Source: Rubripirellula sp. (lineage in GTDB: Bacteria > Planctomycetota > Planctomycetia > Pirellulales > Pirellulaceae). From it: a stretch of DNA of 64,000 nt. Every line of letters starts with the position of its first letter. Positions within the stretch are counted from its first letter, which is position 1. Both the position numbers and the translations under genes were made by a program. The notes under the pieces were generated by a model. The model made no database searches and was not told where the DNA came from. It saw only the letters and a list, made by a program, of their open reading frames with translations. Below, one piece after another: positions 21,169 through 30,653 of the stretch. The stretch is from the NCBI GenBank assembly GCA_965216875.1, contig OZ244207.1, positions 1,920,001-1,984,000 of the forward strand, written 5' to 3'.

Positions 21169-21660
21169 ATGCAGTGGCCTCCCTTGCCAGATTACGGTTG
21201 CATTCTTCGCTGGCCTGAAGACGGTCAAGCCTTCATTCATCCCGAGGATGTTGCCGTTGCGACGCGCTGTTTTCCGAGTGGTCGCGTGTTGCGTCGCGAG
21301 GCGTTCGATGGGGTTTACTATCACTACAGCTACGGTGCACTGCGGTTTCGCTTGCGGCCGATGATGTGGTTGCCCGTGCGAAGCGAAGGGTTCGACGTGG
21401 GCGATACGGTCGAAACGACGGGGGTTGGTTTCGAACGCGAGCTGTTTGTTGCTCAGGTTTGGGGGATGCATTACGTTCCCCGCAAAGGATGCATCTTGTA
21501 CCGCTTGCGACGGCGGGACACGAACGTTCCGAACTTGTTTCATGCCGATCAAATCCGCTTGCTGTCGGACAAATCCAAGGTTCGCGACGGTGACATCGGG
21601 TACCCCGAGCCGAAGTGGAACGGTGATCAAACCGATCGTCTGGAAGGTGTGGAGCTTTAG
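21169..21660 (+). CDS. Conserved hypothetical protein (DUF6960-like)
   Basis: WPEDG..FIHPED and FDVGDTVE motifs; family recalled from memory, not searched. Confidence 0.6.
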   Translation: MQWPPLPDYGCILRWPEDGQAFIHPEDVAVATRCFPSGRVLRREAFDGVYYHYSYGALRFRLRPMMWLPVRSEGFDVGDTVETTGVGFERELFVAQVWGMHYVPRKGCILYRLRRRDTNVPNLFHADQIRLLSDKSKVRDGDIGYPEPKWNGDQTDRLEGVEL

Positions 21661-21741
21661 GCCCGGCAGCGGTAGAATCGGCGGCGAACTAATGTCCCGC
21701 CTGCGTCGCTCGCATTCTCACTTCTCGCTCGTTTCGCCACC

Positions 21742-22893
21742 ATGTCAAAGCTCAACGCTGCCGTTGTCGGCACAGGTTTCATCGGTCCCGTTCACGTCGA
21801 AGCCTTGCAGCGTGCTGGCGTCACGGTCACTGGCATTCTTGGGTCGCGTCCCGAGAAGTCCACGGCAGCTCAGCAGACGCTCGGCTTGGAAAAGGCGTAC
21901 GGGTCGCTCGACGAGCTGTTGTCCGATGATTCTGTCGATGTGGTTCATGTGACGTCGCCCAACCAGCATCACTTTGCTCAAGTGACGGCGGCCATCGAGT
22001 CGGGCAAACACGTCCTGTGTGAAAAGCCGCTTGCGATGACGCCCGACGAATCAGCAAAGCTTGTCGAGCTGGCGGATGCGAAAGGGATCGCCGCTGGTGT
22101 CAACTACAACATCCGCTACTACCCGCTTTGCATCGAGGCGGCACGGCGCGTTGCCAGTGGGAAATCGGGACGCGTTTTTCATGTCACGGGCAGCTATGTT
22201 CAAGATTGGTTGTTCCACCCCAGTGATTTCAATTGGCGGGTGCTGAAAGAGGAAGGCGGAGCGTTGCGTGCGGTCGCCGACATTGGGACGCATTGGCTCG
22301 ACCTGATTCAACACGTCGTGGGGCAAAAGGTGGTTTCGGTCTGTGCCGATTTGGGAACCGTTTTCGCCGAGCGGACGCGACCGCTCGGTGGCGTCGAAAC
22401 CTTTTCAGGCAAGGTCAACGCCGATCAAGCAACGGAGACGGTTGCAGTCGATACGGAAGATTTTGGCAGCGCGATGCTCGAATTCGCCGACGGTTGTCGC
22501 GGCACCCTGTTTGTCTCGCAAGTCACCGCGGGACGCAAGAATTGTTTACGATTCGAAATCGCAGCGGGCAACGAATCGCTCGCTTGGAACAGCGAAACGC
22601 CCAATGAGATTTGGCTGGGGCAGCGTGACACGCCCAATCAGGTGTTACTGAAAGACCCGGCGCTTGTCGATTCAACAGCAGCGAGCGCGATGTCCTATCC
22701 GGGCGGGCACAACGAGGGCTTCCCGGATACTTTCAAGCAACTGTTTGTTGACTTCTATCGCGCGATCGAGACCGGCAGCTACAAGGACTCGCCGACATTC
22801 CCCACATTTGCTGATGGGCACCACGAGATCTTGGTTTGCGATGCAATCTTGAAGAGTCATCAACAACGCAAGTGGGTGAGCGTCGATGTCTGA
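21742..22893 (+). CDS. Gfo/Idh/MocA family oxidoreductase
   Basis: VVGTGFIG, HVLCEKPLA, DIGTHWLD. Confidence 0.93.
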   Translation: MSKLNAAVVGTGFIGPVHVEALQRAGVTVTGILGSRPEKSTAAQQTLGLEKAYGSLDELLSDDSVDVVHVTSPNQHHFAQVTAAIESGKHVLCEKPLAMTPDESAKLVELADAKGIAAGVNYNIRYYPLCIEAARRVASGKSGRVFHVTGSYVQDWLFHPSDFNWRVLKEEGGALRAVADIGTHWLDLIQHVVGQKVVSVCADLGTVFAERTRPLGGVETFSGKVNADQATETVAVDTEDFGSAMLEFADGCRGTLFVSQVTAGRKNCLRFEIAAGNESLAWNSETPNEIWLGQRDTPNQVLLKDPALVDSTAASAMSYPGGHNEGFPDTFKQLFVDFYRAIETGSYKDSPTFPTFADGHHEILVCDAILKSHQQRKWVSVDV

Positions 22894-23278
22894 GCCGACG
22901 CGTGTCAAGCAAGTGATCGTGATGCGTCACGATTTGAAAATGCGGCGTGGAAAACAGATCGCCCAAGGATCACACGCATCGATGGCGTTTCTGAGTCGGC
23001 GGTTGCAGCAGAAGGGAACGCTTGCCCTAGACGACTTTGACGATGCGAAACGAGAGTGGATCGAAAGCGGTTTCGCCAAGATTTGTTGCCGCGTCGATAG
23101 CGAAGAAGAGTTGTTAGCGATTCGCGACGCTGCAGATCAAGCGGGGCTCGAAGTCCACTTGATCACCGATAGTGGCAAGACCGAATTTCATGGAGTGCCC
23201 ACCAACACCTGCTTAGCGATTGGCCCCGACACCGTCGAAAGAATCGACGCAATCACCGCCGATCTGAAACTGCTTTGA
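22886..23278 (+). CDS. pth2: Peptidyl-tRNA hydrolase, Pth2 type
   Basis: KQVIVMRHDLKMRRGKQIAQGSHAS, DSGKTEF, TCLAIGP. Confidence 0.92.
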   Translation: MSEPTRVKQVIVMRHDLKMRRGKQIAQGSHASMAFLSRRLQQKGTLALDDFDDAKREWIESGFAKICCRVDSEEELLAIRDAADQAGLEVHLITDSGKTEFHGVPTNTCLAIGPDTVERIDAITADLKLL

Positions 23279-23872
23279 GAGTTTGTAGGGTGTGTGCTTG
23301 CACGCACCACGGTCAAAGTTGGTTTGGCAAACATTGGTGCGTGCAAGCACGGCACCCTACGGGTTCATTCGTGGACTTTCTGTTCCAACCGTTGGACCAA
23401 ACGTGTCTACACGCCAGTGACAATGTAATACGACAAGTCGGTCAAGCACTGTGCGAGGGCCGATGGGAACGGGTTATGTTGAGCGTGGGAATATGAATTG
23501 GTTCCTCTTGCCCAGTCAGATTTCCGGCTTGCGGATGGACTGGGCGCATCATCGTTGGATTGGCGGATTCACACGATCAAAACATACTCCTCACAGGGCA
23601 CTTTTCGGGGGAATTGATTCGATGGCATGCACTTATCTTTGGCAAGCTCCTGCATTGACGTTTCTTGGTGGTCCAGTCAGCCGCGAAGGTTTGGTTGACC
23701 GAGTAACACTCTTCTAAGTTGCAAACGCGGTGCGTCTGCATTGCATCCATTGATGCCACTCTCAGTGGCTCATGGGATTTCCGCTTTGATTTCTTGATAG
23801 CAGTATGCGGTCGCTGATTCGGCAGCGGTTGCTGATGGGGCCGTGCTGCGCACCTTTTCTGGAGACTCGACA

Positions 23873-24850
23873 ATGAGTTTTAGGTTTTTGTTCGCGGTGT
23901 TCGTGCTGGCTGCGTCGGCCAGGTTTGCGGACCCAATCTCGGCGCAGTCCATCACGTTGCAGACACCAACAGGCATTGGTTCGTCCAGCATCGTTAAGGG
24001 CACGCTGAACGCAGGCTACACCGCGTCGGACGCATTTGACGAAACCGATAGCGGCGATTTCGGTTCTGACGCACACGCCAATCGTTCGATCCAAGGGTTC
24101 CCGATGGCTAGCACTAGTGTTGCAGCCGAATCAAGTGGCGATGTGCTGCCTTTGGAGGTGACATCCACAAGCAATACGCTGATTGGATGGTCTGTTTTTG
24201 ATCCCTCTTCGATCTCTGCCGTTGGCTTGCAGAACAATGGAATGGCCGGTCCCCTTGCTTCGACCAATGCGCACGGACGGTATCAAGTCAATGGTCCTGC
24301 CGGGGGCCTTGCGCCTGATGAGGTGCTGATCCTTTACGGCACGTACAACGTTTCGACGTTTGCTGCCGGGGGTGATGCCGGTCTGCTGACTTTCGGAGGG
24401 CCGCCTAGCTGTTCGGTCGTACTCGAGGGCCCGGGAACGATCCTGAATGCTTCCTCGGACATGCCGATGATCACTGGACAAGTGCACGATGTGCTCAATG
24501 GAGTCACCACCAATCTCATGCTTTTTGGTGCCAGCAGCACATCGGGAACTTGGTCTCGTATCGTCGCTGATGGTCAAGGGTTTACGTGTGCCAGCAACAC
24601 GAGCGTATCACATCAGGGCGACGCGATTGCATTCTTGGCTGGCTCGGAAGGTGCCAATGGAATCGCAACGGGCACCGTTTCGTTCAATGTGATGGTTCGA
24701 AATTTGAGCACCAACCCACTGCCGAATATGACGACGGTGGATGAATTCGGCGAAGGTCCTCCCGGTGGTGGAGATCCTGGTGGAGATCCTGGTGGAGATC
24801 CTGGTGGCGGTGGATCAGGCAACCCGTACTACGACGAGTATGGACCCTAG
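23873..24850 (+). CDS. Secreted Ser/Thr/Gly-rich hypothetical protein with C-terminal (GGDP)3 repeat
   Basis: SD ggaga at 23861; signal peptide; ggtggagatcct x3 at 24767-24802. Confidence 0.75.
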   Translation: MSFRFLFAVFVLAASARFADPISAQSITLQTPTGIGSSSIVKGTLNAGYTASDAFDETDSGDFGSDAHANRSIQGFPMASTSVAAESSGDVLPLEVTSTSNTLIGWSVFDPSSISAVGLQNNGMAGPLASTNAHGRYQVNGPAGGLAPDEVLILYGTYNVSTFAAGGDAGLLTFGGPPSCSVVLEGPGTILNASSDMPMITGQVHDVLNGVTTNLMLFGASSTSGTWSRIVADGQGFTCASNTSVSHQGDAIAFLAGSEGANGIATGTVSFNVMVRNLSTNPLPNMTTVDEFGEGPPGGGDPGGDPGGDPGGGGSGNPYYDEYGP

Positions 24851-24876
24851 TTGACGCCTCGAATCTTGATTCGATC

Positions 24877-24908
24877 GTTCCCACGGTACTCAGTGCCGTG
24901 GGAACTTT
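24877..24908 (+). terminator. Putative intrinsic terminator / REP-like hairpin
   Basis: gttcccacggtac-tca-gtgccgtgggaac followed by a short T run. Confidence 0.55.
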
Positions 24909-25024
24909 CCTTGACCTAAGCACCGCCGATCCGAACCTGCTCTGAGAGTTTGTAGGGTGTGCTTGCACGCACCATGGTCAAAGTTGGTTTGGCAAACATT
25001 GGTGCGTGCAAGCACGGCACCCTA

Positions 25025-26488
25025 CTATCTTGCGTCTTGTGCCCAGTCCTTGGTGTGGACGCCGCTGCGGATGCGCCATTCACGTAATTCATCGAGTAGC
25101 CGTTTCTTGTGCGCGATGGCGGTGGGGTCGTCCCATAAGTTGGACAGTTCGTCGGGGTCGGCGACGAGATCGTAGAGCTGTCCATCGGGCTGATCGAGGT
25201 AATGCACAAGCTTGTGCGTTTGGTCTCGAACCATCGTCATGAACTCGGTACCGGTAAGCACGGCGTCTTTGACCTGCTCACAGTAAACGTATTCACGGCC
25301 CGAGAAGTCCGCATCGGGTTCAAGGGCGGGCGACAACGTGGTCGCTTCCCAGTCATCCGGAACGTCGATCTTTGCCCAATCGAGGATGGTCGGACCGAGG
25401 TCCATCTGCTGGACCAACCGATCGACTTGGCGGGCAGCCCCGAAACGCTGCGGAGCCCAAACGATGAGAGGAACACGTGTGATCTGTTCAAACATCGTCC
25501 ACTTTTGGCTGTGTCCATGGTCCGAAAGGCAATCGCCGTGGTCGCTGGTGAAAATCACGATCGAGTTTTCGAGGTAGCCGTTGGTTTCGAGCGCCGACAT
25601 GATCTCGCCAACTTTTTCGTCGACCATGGTGACGTTGGCAAGATAGAACGCGCGTTGCCGATGACGCTGCTCGTGCGTTGGATTCAGATCCATCACCACC
25701 GAGTCATGATCAACATCTTGGTTGTGCTGTCGAAGTTCTTTCAGCGCGGCCGGTTGGGCGGCGAGTTCTTCGGCGGTGACTGGCAGAAGTGGAAGGTCAC
25801 GATTCAAGTAAGGTTCGGTGTAGCGGGGCACCGGGTCGTAAGGTGGATGGGGGCCTGGGAATCCGATCTGCAGAAAGAGCGGTTTCATTTTGGGTTTGTT
25901 GTTGATCCACCACGTCGCCATGTCGCCGACGAAAAAGTCGGGATGAGTCTCCTCGGGTAGTTCCCAGTGAAAGGCTCCGAGCGCCGAGCGGTAATCGTCG
26001 CGTTTGCGATAGAACTCACGTTGCTGCTTGACCAGTCCACGATAGCGCAGCGCCCGATCCCATTCGTCGAAGAAGTACCGGCCTTCGAGGTAGCGGTCCT
26101 TGTTCTCAACGACAAAGCGTTCGTGAAACCCGAGTTCCGTTTGGAAAGGCCACGTGTGCATCTTGCCGATGTTGGTGCAGTAGTAACCTGAATCGTTCAG
26201 CAGTTCGATCCAGCTTCGCCGCCATCGATCCGCATTTTTCAAGATTCCGGTCGTGTGCGGGTAGTAGCCTTTGAAAAGGCTCGCCCGCGCCGCGGCGCAG
26301 GATGCAGCGGTCACATGACACTGAGTGAAGCTGATGCCTTCGGTGACAAGTCGGTCGAGGTTGGGCGTGTCGACGTGCGGGTAGCCCAACGCAGCGATCG
26401 TGTCGAATCGCTGCTGGTCAGTGATGATGAAAATGATGTTGGGGCGATCATCGTTTTCGCCAAAGGGATTGGGCTTTTGCTCGCGCAT
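25025..26488 (-). CDS. Sulfatase (formylglycine-dependent S1 family, choline-sulfatase-like)
   Basis: RPNIIFIITDQQR, CAAARAS, GKMH, PHPPY, SDHGD, LYDLVADPDE. Confidence 0.92.
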   Translation of the reverse strand: MREQKPNPFGENDDRPNIIFIITDQQRFDTIAALGYPHVDTPNLDRLVTEGISFTQCHVTAASCAAARASLFKGYYPHTTGILKNADRWRRSWIELLNDSGYYCTNIGKMHTWPFQTELGFHERFVVENKDRYLEGRYFFDEWDRALRYRGLVKQQREFYRKRDDYRSALGAFHWELPEETHPDFFVGDMATWWINNKPKMKPLFLQIGFPGPHPPYDPVPRYTEPYLNRDLPLLPVTAEELAAQPAALKELRQHNQDVDHDSVVMDLNPTHEQRHRQRAFYLANVTMVDEKVGEIMSALETNGYLENSIVIFTSDHGDCLSDHGHSQKWTMFEQITRVPLIVWAPQRFGAARQVDRLVQQMDLGPTILDWAKIDVPDDWEATTLSPALEPDADFSGREYVYCEQVKDAVLTGTEFMTMVRDQTHKLVHYLDQPDGQLYDLVADPDELSNLWDDPTAIAHKKRLLDELREWRIRSGVHTKDWAQDAR

Positions 26489-26630
26489 CGTTTTGCTGGC
26501 TGAGTTTGGAATGATTTGCAAGCAACAAAATACCAGTCCGCTGGCCAGCATCGTAGGGCGCCTGCTTGTACGCACCGCGACCACAAATAGAGATCAACCG
26601 CGTTTGCCTCCCAGCCGCTCCCATGGTGGT

Positions 26631-27337
26631 GGAACCGCAGATTGATGCAGATGAACACAGATGGAGGTAATTGGCGACGAGACAAATAGAGTCCTTTTTC
26701 ACATTAGGTGGGCCGGGTCGTTCTCGATTTCTCATCTCGATCTACGTCGATTTGAGTTCATCTGCGGTTTCCATTTCTTGGCGCTCCCGTGGTCGAGGAA
26801 CCGCAGATTGACGCAGATGAACGCAGATGGAGGTGGTTGGTGACGAGACGAATAGGGTCATTGTCAAAGAGGTGGGCCGGGTGGTTTTCCAGTTTTCATC
26901 TTCATTTGCGTTGATGTGTGTTTATCAGCGGTTTCCCTTTCTGCCCTCTCTGGGTGTGGTGGAACCGCAGATTGACGCAGATGAACGCAGATGGAGGTGC
27001 TTGGTGACGAGACGGATAGAGTTAATGTCCGAGAGGTGGGCCGGGTGGTTTTCCAGTTCTCATCTTCATCTGCGTTGACGTGTGTTTATCTGTGGTCTCC
27101 TTTTCTGGCCTCTCTAGGTGTTGTGGAACCGCAGATTGACGCAGATGAACACAGATGGAGGTGGTTGGCGACGAGACGAACAGCGTCATTACCAGAGAGG
27201 TGCCGGGTGGTTTTCCAGTTTTCATCTTTATCTGCGTTGATGTGTGTTCATCTGCGGTTTTCCCTTCTTGGCGTTCCAGTAGTGGTGGAATCGCAGCTTG
27301 ACGCCCATGAACGCAGCTGGAGGTCATTTGGTGTCGA
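26631..27337. repeat. Tandem array of ~164-bp imperfect-hairpin units (4 full, 1 partial)
   Basis: ggaaccgcagattga.gcagatgaac.cagatggagg at 26631, 26797, 26961, 27125, degenerate at 27287; each full unit ends in a near reverse complement. Confidence 0.9.
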
Positions 27338-27573
27338 TTTGAGTACTGCCGTGAACGCGGTGCAGGTCGGCGGATGAGAAACGCATACCCCTCCGTTCAA
27401 AAAGCGGCACGACGAACCGCTTGGTTTGGCAAAAATGACCTGGAAATGGGGGGCCCCTTTTGAGTAGGGTCCGGCGAGTCAGTGGATTTCGGCGGTAGCA
27501 AAGGTGAAATTTGCTCGCCGGAGCCTGCCATCATCATGAATACCTCAGCGCGGTCGAGTCACGGAGGACAGTC

Positions 27574-28917
27574 GTGCAAACGCTTAAAACAGCGGCCATC
27601 GTCGTTTTACTAATGACGATTATTTATGGCGCCTACGTTTCACTCACCACACCCCCTGAACCACTTCCACCTGAAGTGGAGGGCATGTTGGTGATGACCG
27701 AGGACGATGCGTTCTCGATTGACGACGGTTTGCCTGGTTCGCTTCCCGGCTTGGACGCGGGACAGCCAGCGGGGGCCGATTCGCTTTCGTCGCTTGATTT
27801 GCCGTCTATCGGTGAGCCTTCGGTTGGACCAGCGGCAATGTTGCCGATGGCTTCTGAAAACGAAAACGCGGTTGTCGGCACACTCAGCGATCATTCCGCA
27901 TCACTGGTTGGCGGAAACGATCCTCAGCCGAGCGATCTGGCCGCTGGAGCCTTTGCGTCCTCGCCAGTTCCTTCTGCTGACGTACCGTCGGCCGATGTGG
28001 CACCCAAGGCCGCGCTCGCAGCACCGAGTGTGGACGTCGCCGTTGGCGGTGCTGACGATGATTATCCAAGCACAGGAAAAGAGTTTGCGTTGCCTGACAT
28101 GAAGGGCATGGATGTCAAATTTCAGACCGCTTCGTCGGTAAAGCCATCACTGCCGAATCTCGAAGGGACACCGTTGCCGGGGATCGCTCCGGTCGAATCG
28201 GCTGCTTCGGCAAGTCAATTCAACGCGGGTGTCGCCAACGCGATTCGCACCGCCGATGCTCAGTTTGCACAAGACAAAATGAAAGAGGCGCTTGCCACAC
28301 TAAGTCTCTTTTACCACTCACCAAGTCTGTCGGGCGAACAGCGCAGCGATTTGTTGTCGCGGCTCGACCCGCTTGCTCGCGAGGTGGTCTACTCGAAACG
28401 CCATCTGCTCGAGCAACCTTATCGCGTCGGCCAAAGTGAAACGTTGATGCAAGTCGCAGCTCGCTTCGAAGTCCCCTGGCAGCTGTTAGCAAACATCAAT
28501 CAGATCAAAGACCCGGTGACTGTGTTGCCGGGAACTGAATTGAAAGTGGTTCGTGGACCCTTCCGAGCGGAGGTGAACCTCGAGCAGCAGGAGTTGACCC
28601 TTTTCTTGGGTGATCTTTACGCCGGACGTTTTCCAGTCGCTGTTGGTAGCGATCCTGCACCGCGTCCAGGAACCTTTACGGTCCAGGACAAGCAGACTGC
28701 TCGCACGTATTACGATCCAAGCGGGTCACCAGTTCCGGCGGGGAGTGCGGATAACCCGTACGGCGACGTTTGGATCGACCTTGGCGGCCAGCTTTGCATC
28801 CACGGAAGCCCAAGCACCACGCGTCCAAACGACAAGGGATGCATCAGTTTGGCGGGCGACTTGGCCACCGACTTGTACGGCATTTTGTCCCAGGGTTCTT
28901 CTGTCACGATTCGTTAG
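27574..28917 (+). CDS. LysM + YkuD L,D-transpeptidase domain protein
   Basis: SD ggagg + GTG; TM anchor; LysM (YRVGQSETLMQVA...LANINQI); FPVAVG, IHG...KGCI. Confidence 0.85.
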   Translation: MQTLKTAAIVVLLMTIIYGAYVSLTTPPEPLPPEVEGMLVMTEDDAFSIDDGLPGSLPGLDAGQPAGADSLSSLDLPSIGEPSVGPAAMLPMASENENAVVGTLSDHSASLVGGNDPQPSDLAAGAFASSPVPSADVPSADVAPKAALAAPSVDVAVGGADDDYPSTGKEFALPDMKGMDVKFQTASSVKPSLPNLEGTPLPGIAPVESAASASQFNAGVANAIRTADAQFAQDKMKEALATLSLFYHSPSLSGEQRSDLLSRLDPLAREVVYSKRHLLEQPYRVGQSETLMQVAARFEVPWQLLANINQIKDPVTVLPGTELKVVRGPFRAEVNLEQQELTLFLGDLYAGRFPVAVGSDPAPRPGTFTVQDKQTARTYYDPSGSPVPAGSADNPYGDVWIDLGGQLCIHGSPSTTRPNDKGCISLAGDLATDLYGILSQGSSVTIR

Positions 28918-28996
28918 TTAAGAATGTTGGGCGAGGCGTTCCGTTTGGGAACGCCGATTCCCAGCAAACGACTCTTATCCGACGGACCTGACGAAC

Positions 28997-29554
28997 ATGT
29001 CGTACGATCGCGACGCCCTTTTGGAATTGATTCAAAGCGAGGCACTTCAGCGAGGCCAATTCACGCTGGCAAGCGGAAAACAGGCCTCGTACTACCTCGA
29101 TTGCCGAAAGATCACGCTCCACCCGAAAGGTGCCAACGTGATTGCCGCTGGCATGATCGACGTGATTCAATCGCTGGGCGATCTTCCCGATGCGGTTGGT
29201 GGCATGGCGATTGGTGCTGACCCGATCACGGCCTCGATCATCACGCTGGCCGGTCAGCGTGATTTGCCAATGAAGGGTTTCATGGTTCGCAAAGAACCCA
29301 AGGGACACGGAACTGGCAAACAGGTCGAAGGTCCCGTTGAACCAGGTCAGCGCGTTGTGATCGTCGAAGACGTGATCACCAGCGGTGGCAGCGCGTTGAA
29401 AGCAGTCGACGCGGCTCGCGAGTTTGGACTTGAGGTCGACTGCGTTGTCGCCATCATCGATCGTTTGGCTGGCGGCGAAGAAGCATTCAAAGCAAAGGGT
29501 TTGCCGCTGCACACCCTGACCACGATTCGCGATTTCGGAATCGAACCCGAATAG
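28997..29554 (+). CDS. pyrE: Orotate phosphoribosyltransferase
   Basis: FTLASGKQASYYLDCR, VRKEPKGHGT, VVIVEDVITSGGS. Confidence 0.96.
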   Translation: MSYDRDALLELIQSEALQRGQFTLASGKQASYYLDCRKITLHPKGANVIAAGMIDVIQSLGDLPDAVGGMAIGADPITASIITLAGQRDLPMKGFMVRKEPKGHGTGKQVEGPVEPGQRVVIVEDVITSGGSALKAVDAAREFGLEVDCVVAIIDRLAGGEEAFKAKGLPLHTLTTIRDFGIEPE

Positions 29555-29580
29555 AGATCGCCAACAGGAGTGAACCACGG

Positions 29581-30249
29581 ATGGAAACATCGCTCCACCA
29601 GCAATTGAAACTTTGCTACGCCGCCGACGTTACCGATACCGAGGTGATGGTTGGCCGCTATCGGATTGATGCGGTTCGCGAAGACGAACTTGTTGAAGTG
29701 CAATGTGCGTCCCTTTCGGCGATTCGCGACAAGTGCCGAAACTTACTCAAACGACACCAGTTGCGGGTCGTCAAGCCAGTGATCGCTCGCACGCGCATCG
29801 TCAAAATCAAAGCCGCCGATGGTCCCGTGCTGTCGCGGCGTTTTAGTCCGAAACGCGGGACGCCGATCGATGTTTTCGAAGACCTGATCTATTTCACCAA
29901 CGTCTTCCCACATCCGAATTTGACCATCGAAATCCCGTCGGTCATCATCGAGCAGTTTCGGATCCCTTCCAAGAAGAAGCGTCGGCGGTGGCGCGACAAA
30001 GGATACAAGGTGCATGATGTGTGCCTTGAGTCGATTGAGCAGCACGTCGAATTGAAGACGCCCGAGGATTTGTGGGATCTGGTGGGCTACGAGACCAATG
30101 GTGAGCCGTTCAATACAGCTGACCTTGCAAAAACGATCGATCGACCACGTTGGGTGGCCCAGAAAGTGGCCTATGTATTGCGCAACACCGGTGCGATCGA
30201 AGCATCGGGGCGGGATCGCAGCGGGGTTGTTTACCGCCGCGCAGCGTGA
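29581..30249 (+). CDS. Hypothetical protein, possible PD-(D/E)XK nuclease fold with C-terminal wHTH
   Basis: ETSLHQQLK, RIDAV...VEVQ; C-terminal FNTADLAK...AQKVAYVLR. Confidence 0.6.
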   Translation: METSLHQQLKLCYAADVTDTEVMVGRYRIDAVREDELVEVQCASLSAIRDKCRNLLKRHQLRVVKPVIARTRIVKIKAADGPVLSRRFSPKRGTPIDVFEDLIYFTNVFPHPNLTIEIPSVIIEQFRIPSKKKRRRWRDKGYKVHDVCLESIEQHVELKTPEDLWDLVGYETNGEPFNTADLAKTIDRPRWVAQKVAYVLRNTGAIEASGRDRSGVVYRRAA

Positions 30250-30260
30250 AAGTCTTTCGG

Positions 30261-30653
30261 TCAGTTGTCCGACTGCGGCCTCAGGTGCCCAAACTTCTTG
30301 GCAATCTCCCGTTCTCTCACTTGGATGATCCGTTTGCCTCTTTTGATAACGTCATTTGCCGTCATTCCATGGACGCGGTTGCGGACGCCATAGTCTTGGT
30401 CAGCGGCATCTTGCTTGTTACCAACTGCACGCGATTCCTTCGCGATCTCGGTAAGCCCGGTCTCGAAAGCGGCAAGTTCGTCGCTCGAAAGCGTTGCTTT
30501 GATTTTGGTTAGTGATGCTTGATAGGTCTTAGGCGTGGTGGCATCGATTCGCTCAGCTCGAAAGAAGATGTACCCGATCAAGCCAATCGTGCCGAACGTG
30601 ACTGCAAAGATCGCTTTGTATTCTCGGGGGAGCTCAAGAGGATTCAGGCTCAT
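30261..30653 (-). CDS. Small membrane-anchored hypothetical protein
   Basis: One TM helix; fills the gap between neighbouring genes. Confidence 0.6.
   Translation of the reverse strand: MSLNPLELPREYKAIFAVTFGTIGLIGYIFFRAERIDATTPKTYQASLTKIKATLSSDELAAFETGLTEIAKESRAVGNKQDAADQDYGVRNRVHGMTANDVIKRGKRIIQVREREIAKKFGHLRPQSDN

Larger units (their letters stand above)
23254..25025. mobile_element. Putative non-autonomous islet bounded by ~105-bp direct repeats (23254-23360 and 24921-25025)
   Basis: Each repeat = last 25 nt of pth2 + family-C REP hairpin; copies differ by 4 substitutions and a 2-bp indel; no recombinase inside. Confidence 0.65.

Noticed and set aside
26631..27337. CRISPR array
   Set aside because: Period ~164 bp, inter-repeat segments are homologous to each other, and no cas genes are present
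26661..27377. Short repetitive ORFs (MEVxGDETxRV...)
   Set aside because: By-products of the hairpin array; reading frames shift between units
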